From NCBI GenBank assembly GCA_965116495.1, contig OZ220696.1, positions 2,464,001 to 2,528,000 on the forward strand: 64,000 nucleotides of DNA. The letters run 5' to 3'. This document shows positions 31,304-41,400 of the stretch, in pieces. The position numbers and the translations under genes were made by a program. The notes under the pieces were generated by a model. That model did not search any database and was not told where the DNA came from. It worked only from the letters and a program-made list of their open reading frames with translations. How positions within the stretch are numbered: position 1 is the stretch's first letter; each line of letters begins with the position of its first letter. The DNA comes from Gammaproteobacteria bacterium (lineage in GTDB: Bacteria; Pseudomonadota; Gammaproteobacteria; Eutrophobiales; Eutrophobiaceae).

Positions 31304-32190
31304 TAATCTTTAATCTGCGGACTGAAATGCTGCACCAGCAGTCCCCCGACAATCAATACCAGACCCATAATGGTCGCAACGGCAATTGCCTCCCCGAGAA
31401 TCCGGCTGATGAAGATCAGCGATATGAACGGCGACAGGAAAATCAGCGTGCTCACTTTCGCCGTAGCCTCCGACAACCGTAATGCGGCGAGCCAGAGGAT
31501 ATAGGTAAAGCCCATCTCAAACAGCCCCACGTAAACGCCGGCCAGAATACCGCGCACACCCAGGGAGATTGGGTCTGACAGGAACCAGCAGGCAACCGCG
31601 ACAAACGGGATGCTGAACAGGAAGCTGACGAACAGGCCGAGTACGGGGTCAATGTGGTCTTTTGTCTTAAGCAACCAGTAAAACGCCCAGATAACCGTAC
31701 TGCCAAGCGCCAGAAAAATTCCTATTGTGCTCAATTCCCCCGCCGGGAACTGCGCGCCGCTGAAACAGATGACCATGACGCCGGAGTAACAGATAACGGT
31801 GGCGGCGTAATCAAACCGGGTGATCCTGTGCTTCAGGATGGGCGCGGACAGCAGCATCAGCGTGATCGCCCAGGTGTAGTTCAACGCCTGGGCCACCTGT
31901 GCCGGCAGCAGGTCGTAGGCCCTGAACAGGACCAGGTAATAACAGAACGGGTTCATTATCCCGAGACAGGCCAACCGCAGGTAATCCCGTTTGTCCAGGT
32001 TCGCCAGAAATTTTATCCTGCCTGTCACCAGTACTACCAGCGCAAGGCACAAAGTCGCCGTCACGCTTGCAACCAGCAACAACTGGAACACATCCAGGTA
32101 GCGCAGGGATATCTTGAATGCAGTCGCAACCGTGGACCACAGCAACACCGCGCTCAGCGCGAACAGGTACGCCTTATGCTGATTGGTCAA
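31303..32190 (-). CDS. DMT/EamA-family transporter
   Basis: 295 aa with about 10 TM segments; AVLLWSTVATAFK and LIFLSP. Confidence 0.9.
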   Translation of the reverse strand: MTNQHKAYLFALSAVLLWSTVATAFKISLRYLDVFQLLLVASVTATLCLALVVLVTGRIKFLANLDKRDYLRLACLGIMNPFCYYLVLFRAYDLLPAQVAQALNYTWAITLMLLSAPILKHRITRFDYAATVICYSGVMVICFSGAQFPAGELSTIGIFLALGSTVIWAFYWLLKTKDHIDPVLGLFVSFLFSIPFVAVACWFLSDPISLGVRGILAGVYVGLFEMGFTYILWLAALRLSEATAKVSTLIFLSPFISLIFISRILGEAIAVATIMGLVLIVGGLLVQHFSPQIKD

Positions 32191-32192
32191 GG

Positions 32193-32957
32193 TCAGCGTG
32201 GCGGCATCCTGATACCGCCGTCGATACGGATGGTTTCCGCGTTGATATAGTCGTTTTCGATAATGAATAGGGCCAGGCGGGCAACCTCGTCGGGACTGCC
32301 CAGACGTTTGGGGAAGAGAACGGAGGCCTCCAGGGACTGGATGACCTCGTCACCCAGGCCGTCGAAAATGGGCGTGTGAATGATCCCCGGCGCGATGGTG
32401 TTGACCCTGATGCCGAGGCCGGCCAGATCCCGGGCGACAGGGACCGTCATGCCGGCTATCCCGCCTTTGCTGGCGCTGTATGCGGCCTGGCCGACCTGCC
32501 CTTCAAAAGCGGCAACGGATGCGGTATTGATTATCACGCCGCGCCCGCCGTGTTCGTCGAAAGGCTCGTTTTCAGCCATCTGTGCGGCGGCCAGGCGCAG
32601 GACGTTGAACGTGCCGCTCAGGTTGACGCGGATTACCTTGTTGTATAAATCCAGAGAATGCGGTCCGTCCCTCCCGAGAGTCCTGACGGCCACAGCGATC
32701 CCGGCAAAGTTGCAGCATATGTGCAGCGCCCCGAAGCCGGCTACCGTGTTGCCGATGGCGCCGCTCACTGCGTCCTCATCCGCCACATCAACATGCTGGT
32801 ACAGAACCCGGTCATGCCCGGCAATCCCGGCATCCTGAATTTCATTCAGGTCGAATACGGCAACGCCAGCGCCTGCGTCAAGAAGTCTTTTTACCGTTGC
32901 CAGGCCCAGTCCGGATGCGCCGCCGGTGACTATCGCTGATTTGCCTGGAATATCCAT
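32193..32957 (-). CDS. SDR, 3-hydroxyacyl-CoA dehydrogenase type 2-like
   Basis: TGGASGLG, NTASVAAFEGQVGQAAYSASKGG and IRIDGGIRM. Confidence 0.92.
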   Translation of the reverse strand: MDIPGKSAIVTGGASGLGLATVKRLLDAGAGVAVFDLNEIQDAGIAGHDRVLYQHVDVADEDAVSGAIGNTVAGFGALHICCNFAGIAVAVRTLGRDGPHSLDLYNKVIRVNLSGTFNVLRLAAAQMAENEPFDEHGGRGVIINTASVAAFEGQVGQAAYSASKGGIAGMTVPVARDLAGLGIRVNTIAPGIIHTPIFDGLGDEVIQSLEASVLFPKRLGSPDEVARLALFIIENDYINAETIRIDGGIRMPPR

Positions 32958-32961
32958 GATA

Positions 32962-33360
32962 TTAATAGCATTGAATATTAATTGTTCTGTCTGACCGGGT
33001 TATATCCTTCAAAGCTGCGTCACAGGTAACAAGAGTGGCTGGAAGTATTTTTGCCAGCGCGACATAAGCAGCATCATACACAGTCAGGTTATTCCGGTAT
33101 TGCCATATAGTTGCTATGAACGGTTCATGGGCATAGCGGATAACATCAAACTGTAACCAGTAATTTATCAGAGCTTGCGCTTGTGCCTCTGATATAGCGC
33201 CTTTCAATACATATCTTCGGAGTGTATGAACAATTTCCAAGTCAATAAGGTGTGGAACGTGCAGAGTTACTCGCTGATTAGTGATTTCCCTGGCAATCAA
33301 CTTGCCTGTAGCAGTATTCAGCAACATTTCAAGCGCTGCTGAAGCATCCAGAACAATCAA
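32962..33360 (-). CDS. PIN-domain toxin (VapC family)
   Basis: MIVLDASA, IDLE, TVYDAAYVALA and LVTCD. Confidence 0.92.
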   Translation of the reverse strand: MIVLDASAALEMLLNTATGKLIAREITNQRVTLHVPHLIDLEIVHTLRRYVLKGAISEAQAQALINYWLQFDVIRYAHEPFIATIWQYRNNLTVYDAAYVALAKILPATLVTCDAALKDITRSDRTINIQCY

Positions 33361-33587
33361 TGAGATGATCTATCCTCTCGTATCATTTCAGCCGGAGATG
33401 GATCTAACTTTTGTTCAGGCTGGGATGCAATTTGAGCCAGTATTTCTTCCATGCTTGGTCGCTCCAGAACCTTCCTGATTTCACGCAAGATGTATTGGGA
33501 CATGGAGGTTCCTTCCAACGCTGCTCGCGCCTTTAATTGCCGGTGCAGTTTATCCGGGACGTTACGAATTTGAATCATGGTCGACAT
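33357..33587 (-). CDS. FitA-like ribbon-helix-helix antitoxin
   Basis: IQIRNVPDKLHRQLKARAA; 4-bp overlap with the toxin gene. Confidence 0.9.
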   Translation of the reverse strand: MSTMIQIRNVPDKLHRQLKARAALEGTSMSQYILREIRKVLERPSMEEILAQIASQPEQKLDPSPAEMIREDRSSH

Positions 33588-33593
33588 AAAACC

Positions 33594-33622
33594 AGTATGA
33601 ATTCATGTGCGCTTCATGTCAA
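33594..33622 (-). promoter_or_regulatory. Sigma70 promoter of the TA operon (leaderless)
   Basis: TTGACA-17 bp-CATACT, ending 6 nt before the ATG; TTCATGT direct repeats in the spacer may be an operator. Confidence 0.75.
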
Positions 33623-33626
33623 GATA

Positions 33627-33674
33627 TGTGTGAATATTGGGGACAGAATTAACTCTGTCCCCAATATTCACACA
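33627..33674. repeat. Family D hairpin with a perfect 21-bp stem
   Basis: TGTGTGAATATTGGGGACAGA-ATTAAC-TCTGTCCCCAATATTCACACA. Confidence 0.9.
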
Positions 33675-33764
33675 GAAAATGCCGGTTTCATTGCGCACCT
33701 GAAGACATTCACGACCAGCTTTCTATAGTAAACTACTATTATAACGCATTGAGGAGACTCTGAA

Positions 33765-34550
33765 ATGGCTACCACTGCACGAGTACTGATCGAAGAACCC
33801 ATCCTGCTTACCGAGGTAAATGCCGGTATAGCGACCCTGACCTTGAACCGGCCCGGTCAATACAATGCCTTGTCCGAAGACATGTTGCTCGCGCTGCAGG
33901 AAGCCCTGGATGACATCGCCGGAGATGATACGGTCCGCGTAGTCGTCATCGCGGCAAACGGCAAGGCATTTTGTGCCGGGCATGACCTCAAGGAAATGCG
34001 TTCCAGTGAAGACCGGGCCTTTCACCAGGCGTTGTTTGACCGCTGCGGTACGGTCATGCAGACCATCAATAAACTGCCGCAACCTGTCATCGCAAAGGTG
34101 CAGGGCGTTGCCACTGCCGCAGGCTGCCAGTTTGTGGCGCAGTGCGACCTGGCGGTCGCCGCGGAGACCGCCCGCTTTGCCGTGTCCGGCATCAACGTGG
34201 GCTTGTTCTGCTCCACGCCGGCAGTGCCTCTGAGCCGCAACATGCAGCGCAAGCAGGCCATGCAGATGTTGCTGACCGGCGATTTTATCGACGCCCATAG
34301 CGCAAAACAGTTCGGCCTGGTCAATGAGGTTGTGTCCCCGGAAGAACTGGATACGGCCGTCTCATCCATGGCGGAAAAAATCGCGGCCAAATCCGCATTG
34401 GCCGTCAACCTCGGCAAGAAAATGTTCTATCAGCAGGCGAACATGGATTTAAGCGCTGCTTACGAGTTTGCCGGCGAACGCATGACCTGCAACATGGACA
34501 GCGAGGATGCCCGGGAAGGGATAGACGCATTTATCGAGAAACGCGCTTAA
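33765..34550 (+). CDS. Enoyl-CoA hydratase/isomerase
   Basis: LTLNRP, AFCAGHDLKE, AAGCQ, GLFCSTP and EGIDAFIEKR. Confidence 0.93.
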   Translation: MATTARVLIEEPILLTEVNAGIATLTLNRPGQYNALSEDMLLALQEALDDIAGDDTVRVVVIAANGKAFCAGHDLKEMRSSEDRAFHQALFDRCGTVMQTINKLPQPVIAKVQGVATAAGCQFVAQCDLAVAAETARFAVSGINVGLFCSTPAVPLSRNMQRKQAMQMLLTGDFIDAHSAKQFGLVNEVVSPEELDTAVSSMAEKIAAKSALAVNLGKKMFYQQANMDLSAAYEFAGERMTCNMDSEDAREGIDAFIEKRA

Positions 34551-34574
34551 TGGGGTCAGGTCGCACATTGCACA
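34549..34574. repeat. Family A single arm
   Basis: AATGGGGTCAGGTCGCACATTGCACA, identical to 3599-3624. Confidence 0.9.
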
Positions 34575-34654
34575 AGGCATCCGAGGTACTGAGCAAGCGC
34601 AGTGATGCGGATCACCCGTTCCAGGCTCACTCGTAAGCGTAGCATCAGAGTAAT

Positions 34655-34686
34655 AAAAAACCCCGGTACAAGCCGGGGTTTTTTTG
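34655..34686. terminator. Bidirectional intrinsic terminator
   Basis: AAAAAACCCCGG-TACAAG-CCGGGGTTTTTTT between convergent genes. Confidence 0.88.
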
Positions 34687-34713
34687 TTCTGTGTGAGATA
34701 TGCGGGTTACCAA

Positions 34714-34902
34714 TCAGGACCTGCCGGTGAAACCTTCAAACAATCCCTCCAGGCGGGCCATACGTTCTGTTAATTTGGCAATACGCTCGCTTAATTCGGC
34801 AAACTGCTCATCTATGGTAGATAGCCTTGGCACAATAAGGCCGGCCACAACCGCGCCCGTTCCAACGATGGTAATTATGATAGTTATCAGTTCGTAATTC
34901 AT
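34714..34902 (-). CDS. Small single-TM coiled-coil protein
   Basis: GGAG RBS; hydrophobic N-terminal helix followed by heptads ending ERMARLEGLFEG. Confidence 0.7.
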   Translation of the reverse strand: MNYELITIIITIVGTGAVVAGLIVPRLSTIDEQFAELSERIAKLTERMARLEGLFEGFTGRS

Positions 34903-35163
34903 TACTTATCTCCGTATGTATCATTTCGTCATTGAGGTTTCCAGGGAGCCTTCGGTCAAGCCGGAACTTCCTTGATTACCCCTTCAGTCTAGCCACCTCA
35001 GCCATGTCGTGTCAATACCAATTTACCAATTTACCGCACACAAAGTCTGGCTGGTCAGGAAGCGCCTGATAAGGACTCCTGCTTGCCTTTCCCCGATTAC
35101 CGAACACTTTACGTAAGGTTGTACCCATAAGTGATTAATTTGTCATTTGTCCATTCCAAATTC

Positions 35164-35172
35164 TGCTACAAT
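35164..35172 (+). promoter_or_regulatory. Candidate extended -10 promoter for the leader ORF and giant gene
   Basis: TGCTACAAT (TGnTAnAAT). Confidence 0.4.
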
Positions 35173-35205
35173 TGGAACGATAACAATTATTACAGGTTCA
35201 CCGAA

Positions 35206-35442
35206 ATGATGGGCTTCTTGTCATTGAACTCCCTGTTCCACCGCCACCCGGACATGTTTGCCCCAAACATGTTTGCTGTCGCGCAGAAGTTCAACGCCGA
35301 CGGCGTGGTCTGTTCCCCCCCCCCCCCCCCCCCCCCCCACATACAACCAGAATATAAGCAGTTACGCCCGCGTAATCACCGACTACCCACCCGGGTGGGG
35401 CATGTCCCGGACGCATTAATGGCGCTTGATCCGGCGTCATAG
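35206..35442 (+). CDS. Putative polyproline leader ORF (start uncertain: ATG 35206, 35254 or 35269)
   Basis: ...MFAVAQKFNADGVVCSPPPPPPPHIQP...DPAS*; the stop overlaps AGGTG just before the giant gene ATG. Confidence 0.45.
   Translation: MMGFLSLNSLFHRHPDMFAPNMFAVAQKFNADGVVCSPPPPPPPHIQPEYKQLRPRNHRLPTRVGHVPDALMALDPAS
35315..35338 (+). repeat. C24 homopolymer
   Basis: 24 consecutive C residues. Confidence 0.95.
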
Positions 35443-35452
35443 GTGTCAGCAG

Positions 35453-38400
35453 ATGACTGCCCGCATCATGGGTGTTGGTTTCCTTAAAACTTTTTGCGCG
35501 CTTGTGCGTGCGTTTACTGGCCGCAGCGGTGGTTTGTTATTGGCGGTGTTACTGGCGGTGTTATTGGCTGCGTTGCCACTACAGGCGGTGGCTCAGACCC
35601 AAGGGGTTTCTATCTCGGCAAACCCGTCTACATTCGGCCAGGTCTCGATTACAGAAGGGGAAGATGTGACCTTTACCGTAAGCAGGACAGGGGACAATTC
35701 AGATGCACTGACCGTGAATTACCAGATCACCGGTGGTGGCGGGCCTGCGAACCTACAACCAGAGCGTGCAGGGGAGGGAGACTATACCTCCATCCCCACT
35801 TCTTATGAATTTCTCGCGGGGAGCTCCGCATCCCATGAGTTTACCGTAACAGCGGTGAATGACGAGGTTTACGAACCACGGCAGTATTTCACGTTAACAG
35901 CATCGGGTTCTTATCGGGATGGAACCGATGCTGTTAGTTTCAGTGAGGAAGTTGTAGTCAGAATCACCGAGAACGATGAAAGGTATCTCACCCTCTCGCC
36001 TGTTTCGGACTCTGCCGTGGGAATGAAGAATCCGGAGTTCATGGCAAAGGAAGGAGGCATAACAAACGGGAAAAATGAACTGACGATCAGCCTCAACGAG
36101 CCGCTTCCCTACGACTTGAATATTGCTTACACCGTCGGCGACGATCCCCACACAACCGCATCGGTTAAAGACTTCACGATGGCCGACGGCACAGCGACAA
36201 TACCTAATGGTGACACGTCCGTCACCATCGACATCGGCATCGGAGATGATGACCTGGTCGAACCCACCGAGTACTTCACCTTGGGGTTTCGCACTCCTGG
36301 CTACAATGACCCGGGCAACGCGTTAGGGACGTTCAACCCGGTCAATTTTCAGGACAGCAAGCTCACATCACAGCCGCTCTCAGTCTCCATCATGGATAAC
36401 GACACAAAGGACATGGGAGGTGTCGTTTACCTGCGTGGAGAAGGGGGAGGAGGTATTACGGGGTTTCCAAGCACGAGGAAGACTCTTACAGAAGGCCAGA
36501 GCACAACCATTACCGCGGAAATAGCTGGCGCGGCCCCAACCAGCGATATCCAGATTCCCCTCAAAGTTACAGAGTTTCCGAGCGACGAGGTAACGTCGTC
36601 TGACTACAGTATTCCCGGTTCCATCACTATCAAGATGGGCGACAAAACCGGCGCGGTCACGCTGAAAACCGTAGATGACATGGAGGACGAGCGATACCGC
36701 GAGCTGCTGGTCGTGGAAATCAATGAGATGGGCACGAATTTACCAACTGGCTACGAAAAGGGAGACCGCAGCAAGTACGAAGTCATCATCCTGGACAACG
36801 ACGAGACCCCGGTCAGCCTGCAGAGTCTGAGCCGTACCGCTTTGACGGAAGCCAGGGGCAGCGGCACCCATACGGCAACGTTCCAGCTTCGTATCGACCG
36901 CAGGCCCAAAGCAGACCCGATGGCAACACCACTGTTCACCGGCGCGGCTACCGATGAAGGCGATGCGAAGCTCGTTCTGGGATACACGGGGAAGGCGACG
37001 CGTGGCAGCACCGCCGACTACACATCAACCGCCGATACTTTCGTGATTCACAAGAGCCCCGCCGCGCTTCCCACCAATTGTATGCCCGACGGCGAGGCGG
37101 TGAAGTGCACGGTGACGCTCAATGTCAGAGACGACAACTTGTACGAGGGAGGGGTCGGCACAACCGAAGACGTGAAGATCAATCTCGATACCGGGAATAG
37201 CAGCTTCAACGACGGTTTAAAGAAGCCTACGCGCCTCAGCCTGACGATCGAGGACAACGACGAGCAGCCGATGCTTTCCGTCGGTGACTTATCTGCGGTT
37301 GAGGGCGGCAAGCTCGCTTTCAAGGTGAAGCGCACCGGCGCAATGGAGAACAGGTTGTCGGTACGGGCGGCCACGGCCAATGACGGGACTGATGGGGCAA
37401 ATCGCGCGGTGGCCAATTCGGACTACAGGACCCGCTCAGAGACGCTGAAGTTCGCAAAAGACGATAGGGAGCAGACTTTCGAGGTTACAACGACCCAGGA
37501 CGTCATCGACGAGATGGACGAAACTTTCCTGGTGAAGCTGAGCGATGCCAAAGACACGGGAGGTGAGCCCAAACCCGGCATTGAGGACGACACGGCCGTC
37601 GGCACCATCACCGACAATGACGACGCGCCCACGGCACTCACCATATCGGTGGATACCGACACCAGCACCGACGGCGGCCAGGACACCATCGCCGAAGCCG
37701 CGGACAAGACCACGGTTAGCGTCACTGCCACCATCACCAGCGACACGCGCTTCGCCGACGCTCGGACCGTGACCGTCACCGTGGGCAAAGATGGGGACGG
37801 CGCCGTCGAGGGTACGGACTACAATGAGGTGGCTGGTACTATCCAAATCACCATCCCGGCAACACAGAAAAGCGGTACCGGCATGTTTGATCTGATGCCG
37901 GTTAACGACAAGATTGACGATGACGACGAGAAGATAAGCGTCGAAGGCGAACTCGGCACCATGACGGTCACCCATGCCGCCATCACGATCACCGACGACG
38001 ACGCCCGCGGCATCACCGTATCGGAGGAAACGCTGACCATCCATGAGGCGGACGACACGAACACCGAAGATAAGGAACACGAGGGCACCTACAACGTGGC
38101 CCTCACCAGCCAACCAGAAGGAGGCGCAGTAACGGTCAATATAAAAAGCGAAGGTCCGAAAGTAGCCACGGTGGACCCGCCCAGCCTGATGTTTACCACG
38201 GCCAACTGGGAGACGGCGCAGACGGTGACCGTGACCGCCGAGAACGACACCATCGACGATACCGGCGACCAGAAGACCACCACCATCACCCACACGGTCA
38301 GCGCCGCAGACACGGATTACAAGGACGAAACAGTTGACGATGTGGCAGTCACCGTCACCGATGATGACGAGGCGCCCATGGCGCTCACGCTCACGGTGGA

Positions 38401-41400
38401 CACCGACACCAGTACCGGCGGCGACCAGAACACAATCGGTGAGGGCGATGACGCACCCACGGTGCGGATCACCGCCACGCTTGACGGCGACACCCAATTT
38501 GCCACCGCCAAGACCATCACCATCACCGTAGGCGATTCCGGCAAGGACACCGCCACCGAGGGAACCGGCGGCGACTACAACACCGTAGCGGAATTCGATA
38601 TCACCCTGCCCGCCGGCGCTGAGAGCGTCTACCACGATCTGGAACTCACCCTGAATGACGACAGTGTGGACGAGGCCAATGAGGAGACCGTCACCGTGAC
38701 GGGCGCGCTCACCGGAGCGACGGTGAAAGGCACGACCTTCACCATTGAAGACAACGACGCCACGCCCACCGTCACTCTGGTGCTGACTCCGGCATCGATC
38801 AACGAGAGTGGCGCCACCAACGCCAGCACGGTAACGGCCACCATGGACGGGACATCCAGCGAAGCCGTGACGCTCACGGTGTCCGCCACGCCGGTCAGCC
38901 CCGCGGCCACGGGCGATCTCACCCTCAGCGACAACAAAACACTGACGATCCCGGCCAACACGCAGGCCAGCACCGGGGTCGTGACCATCGCCGCGGTCGA
39001 TAACGACGTGGACGCCGCGAACAAGACCGTCACCGTTGCCGCCACCGCCACCGGCGGCAACGCGCTGGTGCAGGCGCCGGGGAGCCAGACCCTCACGATT
39101 ACCGACGACGACACCCGCGGCATCACCGTGTCGAAGGCGACGCTGACGCTGGATGAGGAAGACAACGCGGCCACCATGGAGACGGACGAGCACCAGGACA
39201 CCTATACCGTGGTTCTCGACAGCGAACCCTCGGGCGGGACGGTAACGATAGGGGTTGCCAGTGGCGATACGACTATCGCCGGAGTTGCTCCGGCGACCCT
39301 CGAGTTCACCGCCTCCACCTGGGATAATCCGCAAACGGTCACCGTGACCGCTGTTCCCGACGGTATCGACAATCCGAATGACCGGCGCACTGCGGCTATT
39401 ACCCATACCGTGACCGCCACGGGGACGGATTACGACGGCGCAACGGCGAGCGGTGTGATGGTCACGGTCAACGACGACGATGGCGCGCCGACGCTGTCCA
39501 TCAACAGTCCATCCGTGACCGAGGTGGACAGCGACGCCACGGCGACGCTCACCTTCACAGTGCGGCTGACCCCGGCAAGCGGCAACACGGTGACCGTGGA
39601 CTACGCGGACGCCGGAACCGGCACCGCAACCTCGGGCCGCACGGACTACGCGACCCTGGCCGGCGGTACGCTGACCTTCTCTGCCGGCGATACCAGCGAG
39701 ACCGTGGAGGTCACGGTGAGCGGCGATGACATCGATGAACCCGACGAGACGGTGGTCGTGCGCCTGTCCTCGCCTTCCAATGCCACGTTGACGGACGGCG
39801 CCACCACGCTGGACGGCACCGGAACCATCAATGACAACGACCCCACGCCCACGGTTTCCGTCGCCGACGCCGCGGCGGTGTCCGAGGGCGACGTGGCGGC
39901 CCCCAATCCTGCCAACAACATGACCTTCACCGTCACACTCTCGGCGGTCAGCGGCCTAGACGTGACGGTGCCCTACACCTTGAGCGGCACGGCCACGGCG
40001 GGTACCGACTACACCGAGCCCGACCCGCGCTCCGTGACGATCGCCGCGGGGACGACGCGGGCGGACATCGCAATCCCCGTGGCCGGCGATGAGGTGGACG
40101 AGGAAAACGAAACGATTACGGTCACGCTGGGCGCGCCGACAAACGCCACGGTCTCGACTGCCGAAGGCGCGGGCGCCGCCAGCGGGACGATCACGGATGA
40201 CGATACCCGCGGCGTTAGCGTCACTCCCACCACATTGACCGTGGCCGAAGCGGACAACGCGGGCACCGAGGCCACCAGGGAGGACCAGGAAGCCTACAAG
40301 GTAGTGCTCACAAGCCAGCCCACCGGCGCGGTAACGGTCAACCTGAAAAGCGGCGACGAGTCCGTGGCCAGGATCAATACGGCGAGCCTGGTTTTCGGCG
40401 CCGGCAACTGGAATACGGAACGCACGGTGACCGTCACCGGCCAGGCCGACGTCATCGACAACACCGGCGACGAGCGCGCCACCACCATCGCCCACACGGT
40501 GAGCGCCGCGGGGACGGATTACGCCGACGAAACCGCCGAGGGCGTGGCGGTGACGGTGACCGATGATGACGCCGCCCCCAGTGGCATCACGCTCACGGCG
40601 AATCCCGACTCGGTAACGGAGAACGGCGGCGCCAAAACCATCACCGTCACTGCCGCCGTGAACGGCATGACCCGCTACGCCCAGGCCAGGACCGTGTCGG
40701 TGAGCGTCGGCGGCGGTACGGCCATCTCCGGTACGGACTACACGGCCGTGGAAAGTTTCGACATCACCATAGGCGCGGGCGAGGACGACGCAAGCAACAC
40801 CTTTACGCTCACCCCGGACAATGACGTGCTGGCCGAGGGTAACGAGACCATCAACGTTACGGGAACCCTGTCCGGTATCACGATCAGGCCTGATGAGATC
40901 ATCCTTACGGACAATGACGCGGCGCCGAGCGGCATCACGTTGAGCGTGGACACCAACGGCGCCGAGGACGGCACGCCGAGCACGGTGGGAGAGGACGCCG
41001 GGGGCACGGTGGTTACGGTAACGGCCACGGTGAACGGCACGACGCGCTACGTGGACGCGAAAACCGTGGCGGTGAGCGTGGCGGACGGCACCGCGGAATC
41101 ACCCGCCGACTATGCGGCGGTGAGCGGCTTCAACATCACCATCGCCGCGGGCGCGGCCAGCCACACCGGCAGTTTCACCGTGACGCCGGTGGACGACGAC
41201 CTCGACGAGGCCAACGAGACAATCAACGTAACCGGTACGCTGAGCAGCGTCACGATCACCGGCGCGACAGTGACCTTCACGGACAACGACGACCCGGTGA
41301 GCTTCTCGATCGCCGATGCGGAGGCCACCGAGGGCGGCAAGGTGGAGTTCACCGTGAGCCGCGCAGGGGCCGGGGACAACATAGCGGAGGTGAAGGTGAC

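Noticed and set aside
35315-35452. Simple frameshift ON/OFF fusion of the leader with the adhesin
   Set aside because: The in-frame TAA at 35417 blocks fusion at any tract length in this sequence, so only coupling or polarity models remain.
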